From Octopus bimaculoides (lineage: Eukaryota), in NCBI RefSeq assembly GCF_001194135.2, contig NC_069005.1:20654592-20695184 (forward strand): a stretch of 40,593 nucleotides of DNA, written 5' to 3'. Shown here piece by piece: positions 1 through 10,497 of this stretch. Each line of letters opens with the position of its first letter. Position 1 is the first letter of the stretch. A model generated the notes under the pieces. The model did not search any database, was not told the origin of the DNA, and saw only the letters and a list, made by a program, of their open reading frames with translations. Position numbers and translations under genes: made by a program.

Positions 1-425
1 ATATATATATATATATAGGTAAGTGATAGGCTTGCCTCGATCCTTCAGGGGTATGGAACAATGAGCTTAAATAGCACCCATCCTACATCCCCTTACAGGA
101 AGACCAACACAACTCCAACTAAAATGCAAGGCTTTCTTCACCTATCGCTACTATTACACCACCACATACATTAATATACCCACTAATCACTTCTACATTT
201 CGCACACCACAAACTCTGAACATACTCCTCAACATTCTGATGAGATCTGCCAAACCACTGGCTTGATTGAAACGTATGTAAATGACTATTGCCTAACATA
301 CACAATGACTCACTACATAACTTCAACCTCCACAATGACTCATTGCATAACCTCCACGTAATAAAGCAGCAGCTAACTAGTCCAACAGTAATGCTTTTTC
401 TTGTATTTGTTGCTCCATTCTCCAC

Positions 426-427
<2 letters not shown>

Positions 428-461
<34 letters not shown>
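428..461. repeat. (AT)n microsatellite
   Basis: Uninterrupted AT run; others at 1-17, 8245-8283 (AG)n, 11237-11266 (TATG)n, 20234-20268 (GT)n, 29974-30007 (AT)n. Confidence 0.95.
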
Positions 462-464
<3 letters not shown>

Positions 465-501
465 GGACTTTTTGTTGTTGAACATTTGAACTTTTTTTTG
501 C

Positions 502-960
502 AAGCATGGCAACACTGTGTTGGAGTGGGAGGTTGTTCTGCCCAAGCAGTGGGTGGATGGACTTGAGAAGAGGACAGTGGTCCTGCGAACCTTTTCTAGG
601 TTGCGAAACGCCATCACTCTCTTCGAAAAGGAATAAATAGAAAAAGAACTGGCGAACTGTTTTGTCTCTAGGGGTGTCAAATTTGCAACGGTATGGCAGC
701 AGTTTGACTCCCTGGAAGAAGCCTGCATTGTGGTTAGTCAGCCCATGTAGGGTGAAAAAATTCTGTTTCTCCCCACTTATTGTGGGAAGAGAATTATTAG
801 AGCCTGGGTTGGTGGTCAGCCCCAAGCATGGAGGCTGGATGGATCGAGGATACCGTCCAGCACGGTTTGAGGGATAGCGGATCCAGGTTGTTAAATGTGA
901 CAGTGGCTCCTGCGGTGAACTGGGAAGGGTCAAAGGCAACCATGACCCTATGGACCCCAG
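502..960 (+). pseudogene. Decayed coding fragment, possibly ORF1 of an L1/Tx1-like non-LTR element
   Basis: Frame reading EKRTVVLRTFSRLRNAITLFEKE*IEKEL...FLPTYCGKRIIRAWVGGQ, frameshift, PSMEAGWIEDTV; two stops; resemblance recalled, not searched. Confidence 0.35.
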
Positions 961-964
961 TAGT

Positions 965-1770
965 CACAAAAAAAACCCACCATAAGTTGGACAAGTTTGA
1001 AGAGGAACTTTAGACAGTTGTTAAGAACATTAAAATAAATAAACACCTTAGGAGGAACTTGCATTTGGAGTACCTTAGCAGAATTACCAGGGAAATTAAC
1101 AGAACAAACGGGATTTTAGTTAAATCGGATAAAACAGGAAACATATATAAACTACATAAACAATATTATCTTGACCTTCTTAAAAAAGAAATAGAAAAAA
1201 ACTACAAAATAACAAATAAGAACATGCTCAGAAAAGCGAATCTTGAAGCTAAGAAGTTAATGAATAACTTCAACCTTTTAAATAGAACTGAACCTCTTAG
1301 TGCCTCAAGAACCACATTTTATCCTGAAAGATCAGAAGAGTAATTTTTGGACTGATCCTTCCTTAAGACTCATTCGCCTGACTAAGTCAGATATAGGGAT
1401 ACTTAATAAGAATATATTAGATAAATATATCCCTACAACAGTTAGGAAATTGAAGCTTCATCTATGATCTAATTCTACACAAATAGTAGAATGGTTTAAA
1501 TTGATCAACGATAAGGAAAATGTGAAATTTATCCAATTCGATATTGCGAATTCTTATCCTTCAATTATACTTAATAAAGCATTGTGGTTTGCACACAATA
1601 AGGCAGGGCTTACAAGGGATGAGATTAATGATATATTAGCTGCTAGAAGATCTTTCATTAAATTCAATAACAAAATTTGGATTCGTAAGGATACCCCAGA
1701 TGCATTTGATGTCCCTATGAGTAGTTCTGATTCAGCACAAATTAGTGATTATATATGTGTGTATAGTTCA
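965..1770 (+). mobile_element. Penelope-like element reverse transcriptase fragment (pseudogenised)
   Basis: KSDKTGNIYK; after frameshift LKDQKSNF...LRLIRLTKSDIG; VEWFK...KFIQFDIANSYPSI; FDVPMSSSDSAQISD (PLE 'FDVTMGSxDGAEVCE'); stops and a frameshift. Confidence 0.85.
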
Positions 1771-2170
1771 GTGGAATCAACCTGCAGCTGTGGTAGCATT
1801 ACTAAAAAAACCGACCATTCAGGTTAGTCACTATATATATGTGTGTGTATAGTTCAGTGGATCAACCTGAAGCTGTGGTAGCATTATTGCAAAGACCGAC
1901 CATTCAGGTTAGAGACTATATATATGTGTGTATAGTTCAGCAGAATCAACCTGAAGCTGTGGTAATATTATTGCAAAGACCGACCATTCAGGTTAGTGAC
2001 TATATATATGTGTGTATAGTTCAGCAGAATCAACCTGAAGCTATGGTAATATTATTGCAAAGACCGACCATTCAGGTTAGTGACTATATATAAGTGTGTA
2101 TAGTTCAGCAGAATCAACCAGAAGCTGTGGTAATATTATTGCAAAGACTGACCATTCAGGTTAGTGACTA
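1742..2170. repeat. 84-bp tandem repeat, 5 units plus start of a 6th, running into an N-gap
   Basis: Units start at 1742, 1824, 1909, 1993, 2077, 2161 (TTAGTGACTATATATATGTGTGTATAGTTCAG...CCGACCATTCAGG). Confidence 0.95.
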
Positions 2171-2892
2171 NNNNNNNNNNNNNNNNNNNNNNNNNNNNNN
2201 NNNNNNNNNNNNNNNNNNNNNNNNNNNNNNNNNNNNNNNNNNNNNNNNNNNNNNNNNNNNNNNNNNNNNNTAGTGGCGCGAAATTATAGCCGCCATTGAG
2301 GAAGTACTATTCTGTGCATGTGCAGGGGACTTCACCACCGGAAGCCCCTCGAGTTGCGCATTCGTAGTAAAACTCGTACTTAAACAGTGGTTTCACTTTG
2401 TTAGGCGAGTTGAGCTCAGACCTTCTACATGGCAACACCTCGCTCCTCCACGAAGCACTTTTCACCATGATGCTATCGATGTGATAGCTACTTGCTTCTC
2501 TGGCAGGCACCAAGGAAGACCTTAACCTTCCATTACCAAAATACAATTCAATCAGTGGCTGCTAAGCTGAATGACAGGAATTTGTATAACCAAGTATCAT
2601 CATAAATAAAACCTTTTTACTATATTGTTAATTGTTCTATTGTCTCTTCATTTATAATGCTGTTGAAAGGTGATAGAGAGACTGAAGTCTCTATGACAAC
2701 TATCAAACCTTTATAGTATATGTGTGTGATTTGATTTTATAAATACTTTCAAATTTACTTCGTTTCCATTTTTCCTTATGTGTAATTTTAATTTATCTGT
2801 AAGGTGAGTGACGAATTTTGATTAATTTATTTTGTAAATCATTATTGTATATTTCTGTGTGTATTTTGTTTTCTAGTTTTCTTCACAGACAA

Positions 2893-3307
2893 TTTTCAGT
2901 CTTTTGTTTTATTTATACCTTTATGGTACACCTGTCTTTTGGGTGTTAAATTCACCTGATGAATCCAGTAATGTGCACAACTCTTCTATAGTAAAATTTT
3001 GTTGTATACCCAATTGAATATTAGCCAATAACCCATTTTCTATAGCGATATTTCAACAAAAATTTTTATAATTCTATATTTTGTTGAATTTACCTATATT
3101 TACCTGTAATTAGAGTCACTTTGTGACAAAAATTTTGGTATAGAATTGGTTGAGAACCTTTCGTTAAATTATCTTCCAAAAATCACAATATGTTGATAAA
3201 TAAAAAAGGAGTTGTTTAATGAAACCAGACTAAATTTATGATTATGTTAGAAATTAATTGAAACACATAAGGGGTGTATTTTGGTTAGAAATATGGTAAC
3301 GAAAGGG
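2893..3307 (+). mobile_element. Right end of a piggyBac-family element
   Basis: Ends GGTAACGAAAGGG|TTAA; closely similar to 29285-29628. Confidence 0.85.
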
Positions 3308-3335
3308 TTAATATTGTATTTATAATTCCACTACT

Positions 3336-3490
3336 CTCTGAGTGGTTGGCGTTAGGAAGGGCATCCAGCTGTAGAAACTCTGCCAAATCAGACTGGAGCC
3401 TGGTGTTGCCATCCGGTTTCACCAGTCCTCAGTCAAATCGTCCAACCCATGCTAGCATGGAAAGCGGACGTTAAACGATGATGATGATGA
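3336..3490 (+). mobile_element. RTE-type LINE/SINE 3' tail ending in (GAT)n
   Basis: GGTTGGCGTTAGGAAGGGCATCCAGC...GGACGTTAAACGATGATGATGA; reverse-complement copy at 23259-23440. Confidence 0.8.
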
Positions 3491-4294
3491 CTACTAAGTT
3501 AATGTAATGTATATTTAAATTTTGTATGGTTTCAATCTGAATGTTACCTACTTTATTTTATTTTATAATTTATTATTTATCTTGATTACATATCCTTAAA
3601 TTATTTCTCAAAATCATTTAAAACATAAAAAAAAATATTACTTGATAGGGTTAATCACAATGATGTAAATTATGTAGATCAAAAACCTTATTTTGACCAT
3701 TAATTTGTATTTCTGCAAGATCTATAATAGGTAATTTTCTTTACATTTCTTTTCTTCTCAAACCCCTAACGGTTTTCTTATTTGATGAAACAGCGCCGTA
3801 AACATGTCATCACTTAATATCCTAGGTTAACAATTGTACTTAGTTACTCTACTATATAACGGTTTTCTTAACCAATATTGCAAGCAGTTTCAATATGTTC
3901 ATGTCAAAACAACCCGATTTGAACTTCTCTACATACATGTAATTTATATACAAATAATAATGTTGTCTGTTGTGAATTAATGTAACTTGGCTCTGAAGAG
4001 ATGGAAGGCCCTAATTTCTAATCTCAGACAAGAGTAAGTCGGGATCTTGCATCAAAATGCACATAGGATAATAAACAAGTTTTATTAATATATAGGATTG
4101 CGTCATGGCTCTTATTTCAATTGATACGCACCCAAAATTGTATCACCTATACGAAAGTTATATTTAAACAAAGTATAAACAAGTTTTCAAGTGTGAATTT
4201 TGCTACTTTGGTAACAGTTACAATACTTAACTTACCAAAATATTTGGTAGATATTTAAATACGCAAATATATATGTGTGTGTATATATATATAT

Positions 4295-4835
4295 CGATTT
4301 GGAGCCCTACAGACAGGAGGCAGAGGCAACTGTGGAACAATCCTGGACAAATTTGAAGGAAGCTACAGTTGGAGTGTACAAAGAGGTTCTGGGAAGACGA
4401 CCAGTGAACAGGAAGCCTTGGATAAGTGACGAGACTTGGCAGAAAGTGGAGGAGAGGAAGATGCTGAAGCAGGAGTTGAACCAAGCCAGAACCCATCAGC
4501 AGAAGCAGGCTGTTGCTAGTAAGTATAGTGAGGCGCTGAGAGAAGTCAAGAAGAAACTAAGGAGAGACAGAAGAACATACTTCAATGAAGTGGCCGACGA
4601 AGTGGAAACAGCAGCGAGGAAAAGAGACTTGATGTCAATATATGCAACAATAAGGTTACTTCCGTCAGACCAGTAAAGGACAAGGCTGGATGGTTGCTAA
4701 CTTCCATTGAGGACCAACTGGCGAGATGGAAGGAACACTCTCAAGAAACATTTTATCGCCCTCCACCTCAATATCTGCAAGAATTGGGGCCAGGGATCCC
4801 GCTCAATATCCACATTGGAGAAATCACCAAAGCCG
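4295..4835 (+). mobile_element. RTE-clade LINE ORF2 fragment (linker between endonuclease and RT)
   Basis: EVLGRRPVNRKPWISDETWQKVEERK...KKKLRRDRRTYF..AARKRD; after a frameshift PVKDKAGWLLTSIEDQLARWKEH. Confidence 0.85.
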
Positions 4836-4847
4836 TGAAGAGCTTAC

Positions 4848-6720
4848 ACCTTTAGTGTTCAAATCGACCGTAACCAGCTAAAATTAATTAATTAAGCTCT
4901 ACAAAATTGCTAAAAAAAACAAACAAATCACATTATTGAATTCTCGTAGCTTTGAGATAATGCCTTTCCCGCCTTTATTCAAGTATAAATACCGTGAAAT
5001 TGTTTAGACCACATGGTTTTTTTAACGTTTGAAGAGAAGTGCTTTCCTTGGTTGTGAAAGAAATGGCATCAGCAAGTAGTGATTCCGACTTTGAAGGATT
5101 TACAATTAATGATACAGAAAATATAAACGAAAACAAAAGTATTTTGTCTTCAGATGAATCTGATATCGATATCAGTGATTTTTCGTCGGACGAGGAAGAG
5201 TTTAATAATGAAAGTGATGAAAATCATAGCGTAAACATGGCAACATGGTCAAAAATCACAACACCAAACACTATCTCGGATTTTACAGAAAACACTGGTC
5301 CACAACATAATTTACCTCCTGATGCTCAACCATTAGACTATCTTTTTATTTTTACCAGAAAGTTTTTATGAAACTGTTGCTGAAGAAAGGGACAAATATG
5401 CACAACGTTTAATTTCTGTTTGTGGAAGAAACGATCCACTGTGGCAGCCAACTAATACTGCAGAAATGAGTGTTTTTTACAATTAATATGTTTGGTGTTA
5501 AACAGCTTCCTTGACTGTGAAACTATTGGAGTCCCGATGTGAGGTATGGTGATCCATATAGCTCAAGCATAATGTCGAAAGCGAGGTATTCGAAAATATC
5601 TCAGTATTTACATTTAACTGATTCTGAAAATGCCCCCAACAAAAACCACCCAAACTACAATCCCCTGTACAAAGTATGCCCTGTACTTAATTTACTTGCA
5701 AATAATTATAGAACTGTATATCTTCCTGGGAAAAATCTCAGTGTAGATGAAACCATGATAGGCTATAAGGGCAGAGTACATTTTCGGCAGTACATGCCTG
5801 CCAAACCTACTAAATGGGGGATCAAGGTATGGGAAGTTTGTGAATTGGAGACGGGATATTGTGTAAACTTCGATGTTTTCACAGGGAAAAAATATAATGG
5901 AAACAGACAGCATGGATTGGGACATGATGTAGTATGGTCTCTCACTGAACCACTGAACCATCAGCACCGACACCTATTTCAACCATTTTCTTTCGTCAGT
6001 GACTTTGGTGGAAAATTTTGCCCGCGTAAGTACTTACATGTGCAGTACTGTTATGAGCAACCGTAAAGGTTTACCCCACGAATGGAAAATAAAATTAAAA
6101 AATAGAGGGGACATTTTACAGATGCAAAAAGAAAATCTATTAATTACTGCTTATAAAGACAAAAGACAGATTTTATTTCTGTCTTCTAATGATCGGGCAT
6201 ATTACCCAGTTGGTCGACCCGGGAAGAAATGGTGGAGGTATATTTTGTGGTTTCTAGTTAATTTAACTATCGTAAATTCATATATTGTATATGTAAAAAG
6301 CCACAAAGTACCTCCACCACCAAAAGACTACGACCACTTGAAATTTTGGGTTGACATCGCATCTCAGTTACTTGAGGGCCTTTCTTCTAGAAAGCACAGA
6401 ACTGAGAGAAAAGCAAAATTAACTGAGGTGGATGTCAGAGAAAATATTGACTTTCATCAAGTCAGAAAGATAAATGGAAGGAAAAAGTTTGCAGACTGTG
6501 TTCGCTGCAAAAGGATATCAAGTCAAGACCTCACATGTGTTCGTTTTCGAAAGCGCCCTTGTATAAAGGATGCTTTGGACAGTTTCACGACAGAAACATA
6601 GCATAAGTGTATAATTTTGTATATTCATTTTCATTTTATTATATAATATGTGAAAGTGAGAACTACATATTAATTTTTAGTATGTTACATATCTGTATTC
6701 ACCTTTGTCTCACCTGTTAA
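4848..6720 (+). mobile_element. piggyBac-family element with disrupted PGBD4-like transposase (5063-6601)
   Basis: Acidic N-terminus SSDSDFEGF; LSVDETMIGYKGR...YMPAKPTKWGIKVW; NRKGLP; AYKDKRQILFLSS; KKWWRYILWFL; Cys-rich tail; several frameshifts and deletions; left end TTAC|ACCTTTAGTGTTCAAA; right TIR not seen. Confidence 0.9.
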
Positions 6721-6746
6721 TGAGATGCATCCTGTTACGTAAATAA

Positions 6747-7840
6747 ATTCCACACTTTCACATCATTTCCTGGCATGTCAACCATCCAAGTAACATACAT
6801 GCTTTCTACTCGCTTAAAAACATTAAGAACATTCCCAAACCTTATGATATAAACGCTACCAAAGTATTCAACCCAAAGGGACTTTGCCATTATCTCATCA
6901 GCGATAAAGAGGAAAGACAAACAATAGCCGCATCGAACATTCAAAAGGAAGGACAATTAGCCTTTCTTAAGCAACTCACAGACAAACCATACAAACAAGA
7001 AGCACACAAGAATTACAAAAACAATGATCAAGTCTCATATACAAACGAAATGATAGTACGTGGCCAAAAACACGATTTCATAAAAAAACTTATGAACCAT
7101 GCTAATTCAACAGAGTCAGGAGATGTAATTACATTCGCGAAAAATACCAACAACATACAAATCAGAAACGAATGAAACGACATATACAAAAACACGCCCA
7201 AGCTTCTCAACCTAATACAATCTGCAGCTACAGAAATAAACATAAAAACAATTACAGTCCCAATATGGCAACAAATTTAACAAAAGAACGAACTATTTGG
7301 AACCACAAACTGCCGATATCACGATGTTCAAACTTCTCTCGATATATATTCGACATGGCTACACCACTATAATTTCAATAAAGGCAAACATTCGAAGTGT
7401 GCCACAAAGTCGACCCCAAAAGTAATGGATTACACATCACAGAAGTATCAAACTCTGTTAAGTCATACATACTAAGATCGATTAAAAACGGACTCATCAC
7501 AACAGGGAGGATGAGATGCCAAGCAAGCGATAATTTTACATTCGGTAGTTGCGTTGACAAGCCTCTTATTTATATGGACGAAATGTGGTTTACCATTAAT
7601 AACATGGAAGAGGCTAAATGTATGCTCGAGGGAACAAACACATTCATAAACGTAAAACATCAAGCAGAAAGAGTCCTCAAGAGAACTCCTAGTATATCCA
7701 CTAGCAATACAGAACCGTGGAGAGTTGTTCAGCAAGAAGAACAAGCCATTAGAAACAGGCTATACTACTACTACTACGAAACATAGAAATCAATGCCTCA
7801 ACTTAAACAATGGGGACAAATCGAATTGAACCCACTCATG
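6747..7840 (+). pseudogene. Endogenous parvoviral element: NS1 (HUH nuclease + SF3 helicase), disrupted
   Basis: PHFHII (HUH, 6753-6761), YLISDK (6891-6908), decayed Walker A EVSNSVKS (7442-7465), Walker B IYMDE (7568-7582), KCMLEG..INVKH, motif C TSN (7700-7708), PWR...IRNRL; stops at 7173, 7278, 7784; frameshift near 7390. Confidence 0.85.
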
Positions 7841-7899
7841 TGTGTGTGTATGTTTGAGCCCACAAAATATGTGTGTGTGTGTGTGTGTATGCGTGTGCA

Positions 7900-8116
7900 C
7901 ACACGTTGTGCATATGTTTATCCCCACCATTTGACAACTGGTGTTGGTGTGTTTAGATCTCCATAACTTGGCAGTTCAGCAAAAGTGACCAAAAGAATAA
8001 GTACCAGGCTTAAAAAAATAAAAGTTCTAGGGTCAATTCATTCGGCTAAATATTCTTCAAAGTGGTGCCCCAGCATAGCCACAGTCTAATGACAAAAACA
8101 AGAAACAAATAAAAGA
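7900..8116 (+). mobile_element. tRNA-derived SINE, 3' half
   Basis: CTTGACAAC..GGTGTGTT..AGAATAAGTACCAGGCT..GGTGCCCCAGCATAGCCACAG tail shared with full copies at 8342, 20060, 36376. Confidence 0.75.
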
Positions 8117-8242
8117 TAATTTAAATACCTTTGGTCATACGCCTACTTGATCAAGCCAGGTAACAACCTTGGTTACTTTTGATAGCAATGGAATGCTTTA
8201 AAGAAGGCATACATAGATACAGATAGATAGTGCAAAATGCAT

Positions 8243-8283
<41 letters not shown>

Positions 8284-8341
8284 AGATGAGTTGAGCAGGC
8301 TAGATATTTATAAAGTAAAACAGGAAGGAAATTTAAACATG

Positions 8342-8715
8342 TAGGCACAGGCATGGCTGTGTGATAAGAAGCTTGCTTCCCAACCACATGGTTGCAGGTT
8401 CAATTACAGTGTGTGACAGCCACAGGCTGACCAAAGCCTTGTGAATGCATCTGGTAAATGGAAGCTAAAAGAAGCCAGTTGTGAGTGTGTATTTATGTGT
8501 GCATGTCTGTGTTTGTCCCTCCCCCCGTCATTGCTTGACAACTGATGCTGGTGTGATGTCCCTGTAACTTAGCAATTTGGCAAAAGAAACTCGAAAGAAT
8601 AAGTACTAGGCTTACAAAGAATAAGTCCTAGGGTCAATTCCATCAACTAAAAGCCTTTAAGGTGGTGCTCCAGCATGGCTGCAGTCAAATGACTGAAATA
8701 AGTAATATAATAAAA
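8342..8715 (+). mobile_element. tRNA-derived SINE
   Basis: Head GGCATGGCTGTGTG (A box), GGTTCAATT (B box), GT-repeat middle, GGTGCTCCAGCATGGC tail. Confidence 0.8.
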
Positions 8716-9159
8716 GAGTACGCAAATTCGGTTGATATTGGAACTGAATATCAGCAGACTAAAGGGGTAAGATTGACAGGGCCAGTGAGTGGACCCATTT
8801 CATTCTTCAGGAACCAATATAAAGGATGAAGCTAGTATTAAGAGTCAAGTTTTCTTCTTTCAGAATCAGCTATGTTGTGTCATTAGAGGGTTGTGGAGAA
8901 CTACTTGATGAGATAGAGGAGGGTCAGGTAAAGGATTAGCACGCTCTAGCATGCTACAAAAGTTTACAAATCATCGAAATATAAAGTATGTCGTTGAACA
9001 GATGTAATGTGGAGTACTAAATGGTAAAAAAAGAAAAAAAAAAGGGTGGGGGGACAGTAAAATATTTTCTGGAATGGTGAAGCAAAATGAGAAAAGGAGT
9101 AAAAAAAAAAAAAAAAAAAAGGGATGGGCAATAGGGTTAGCGTGATGTACAGAAAAATA

Positions 9160-9735
9160 TTGGGTTGGCAAGAAAGTAATTTCTGTTTTTTTTTAGTGTG
9201 AAATAAAAGTCATTTTTTTCAAGCTTCTTAAAGGGTCCAAGACATTTTAAGTGATTTTCGATTGTTGTGTGTGATACATTTAAACTCTCTGCAATCTCTC
9301 GCACAACTATATGACAATAAGATTCAATTATGGTTTTGATTTGGTCATAAAATTCAGTAGGTCGACCAGAACATTGGTCATCTTTGAATGAAAAATCTCC
9401 AGAATAGAATTTTCAAAACAATTTCTGACATGTGCATTGTATTAAGCAATCAACACCATAAACTTCATATATCTCTTTGTGAACCTCAGTTGCTTTCTTG
9501 GCTTTATGGAAATTTAAAAAAATCAAAATATGGTGAAAAATGTTCATTTTTGCACTTTATGCTAAAATTGACACCGAACAGCTGTAAACAAAATTACGTG
9601 CAATTTGCTTCTAAAGTAAGCTAAAAGTAACAGCTATCAATTGTCAAAAGGAAAAAATCATAACACTGACATAAGCCATTAAAAAAAAAAAAATCTCTAT
9701 TTGCAAAAAACGAAATTACTTTCTTGCCAACCCAA
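9160..9735 (-). mobile_element. Internally deleted mariner element (576 bp)
   Basis: Perfect 24-bp TIR TTGGGTTGGCAAGAAAGTAATTTC, TA on both sides; minus strand encodes a mariner N-terminus (HFHHIL...SGDFSFKDDQCSGRPTE...REIAESLNVSHTTIENHLK); no catalytic domain. Confidence 0.9.
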
Positions 9736-10497
9736 TAGACTGAACAACAGCAGGGGTGTGCATACAATATCTACACAGAACAACATGGATTTCATCCATT
9801 CATTCAGGCAAACTTTGAAAAGCTAACAGCCACCTGTTTGTCTATATCATATGGAATGATATGACAGGATCAGTACTTTACACCACATACAATCTCCCAC
9901 AGGGTTTAATTAGCAATATATGATGGTGAATTTTTGTTTCTAAAACATGGCAGGTGGGTATGGGCAATTTGTTAAATTGTGGGAGGTATTTTATCAATTA
10001 GATATATGTAGGTGGCAGGAAAAGTTTTTTTTTTTTTTAATCGAATGATAGAAATATGGTTTTAATGGAAAGGGGTGAGAAGAAGTGGAATGGGGATAAT
10101 TATAGGAATATTTTTAGAAGTGGGGGACTTAATTAGATGAAGGAGGGCTGAAGAAGGGCAAGGGGGATTTTATCATTAGAATAGTGGAAAAAATTTCAAA
10201 ATTTAAAATAAGCTGACACACAAGTGTGTTTCTCAACACACAAAATTCAACCATGAATTAAGAATAAAATCTTGCCAGCCTGGCAGACTTTGTGTGTGTC
10301 TTATACAGAAACAGAACATGCAAAATTTGTAGTCATAAAGGTTATAGACCTTATTAGACAACAAACAGCAATTGAAAATTAAAGGGGGGAAAAAAACAAA
10401 AACAAAAACAAATTCACTGGTAAACATAAACAGGATTCTAGAAACTTCCCTGCTGCTGTGACAAATGCTTGTTGACAACTCAGCTGAAGACTTGGTT

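Noticed and set aside
1742-2170. CRISPR-like array or 28-aa repeat protein
   Set aside because: Units are contiguous with no unique spacers, there are no cas genes, and the context is eukaryotic. The open frame follows from the 84-bp period and is closed by TAA in unit 5.
3987-4042. Second hammerhead-like relic (CTGAAGA...AGAC AAGA GTA); a weaker one near 2670-2700
   Set aside because: The essential GAAA is absent and the stem II register conflicts with the core; too degraded to call.
5164-5171. DRE motif TATCGATA
   Set aside because: Lies inside the transposase coding remnant, far from any promoter.
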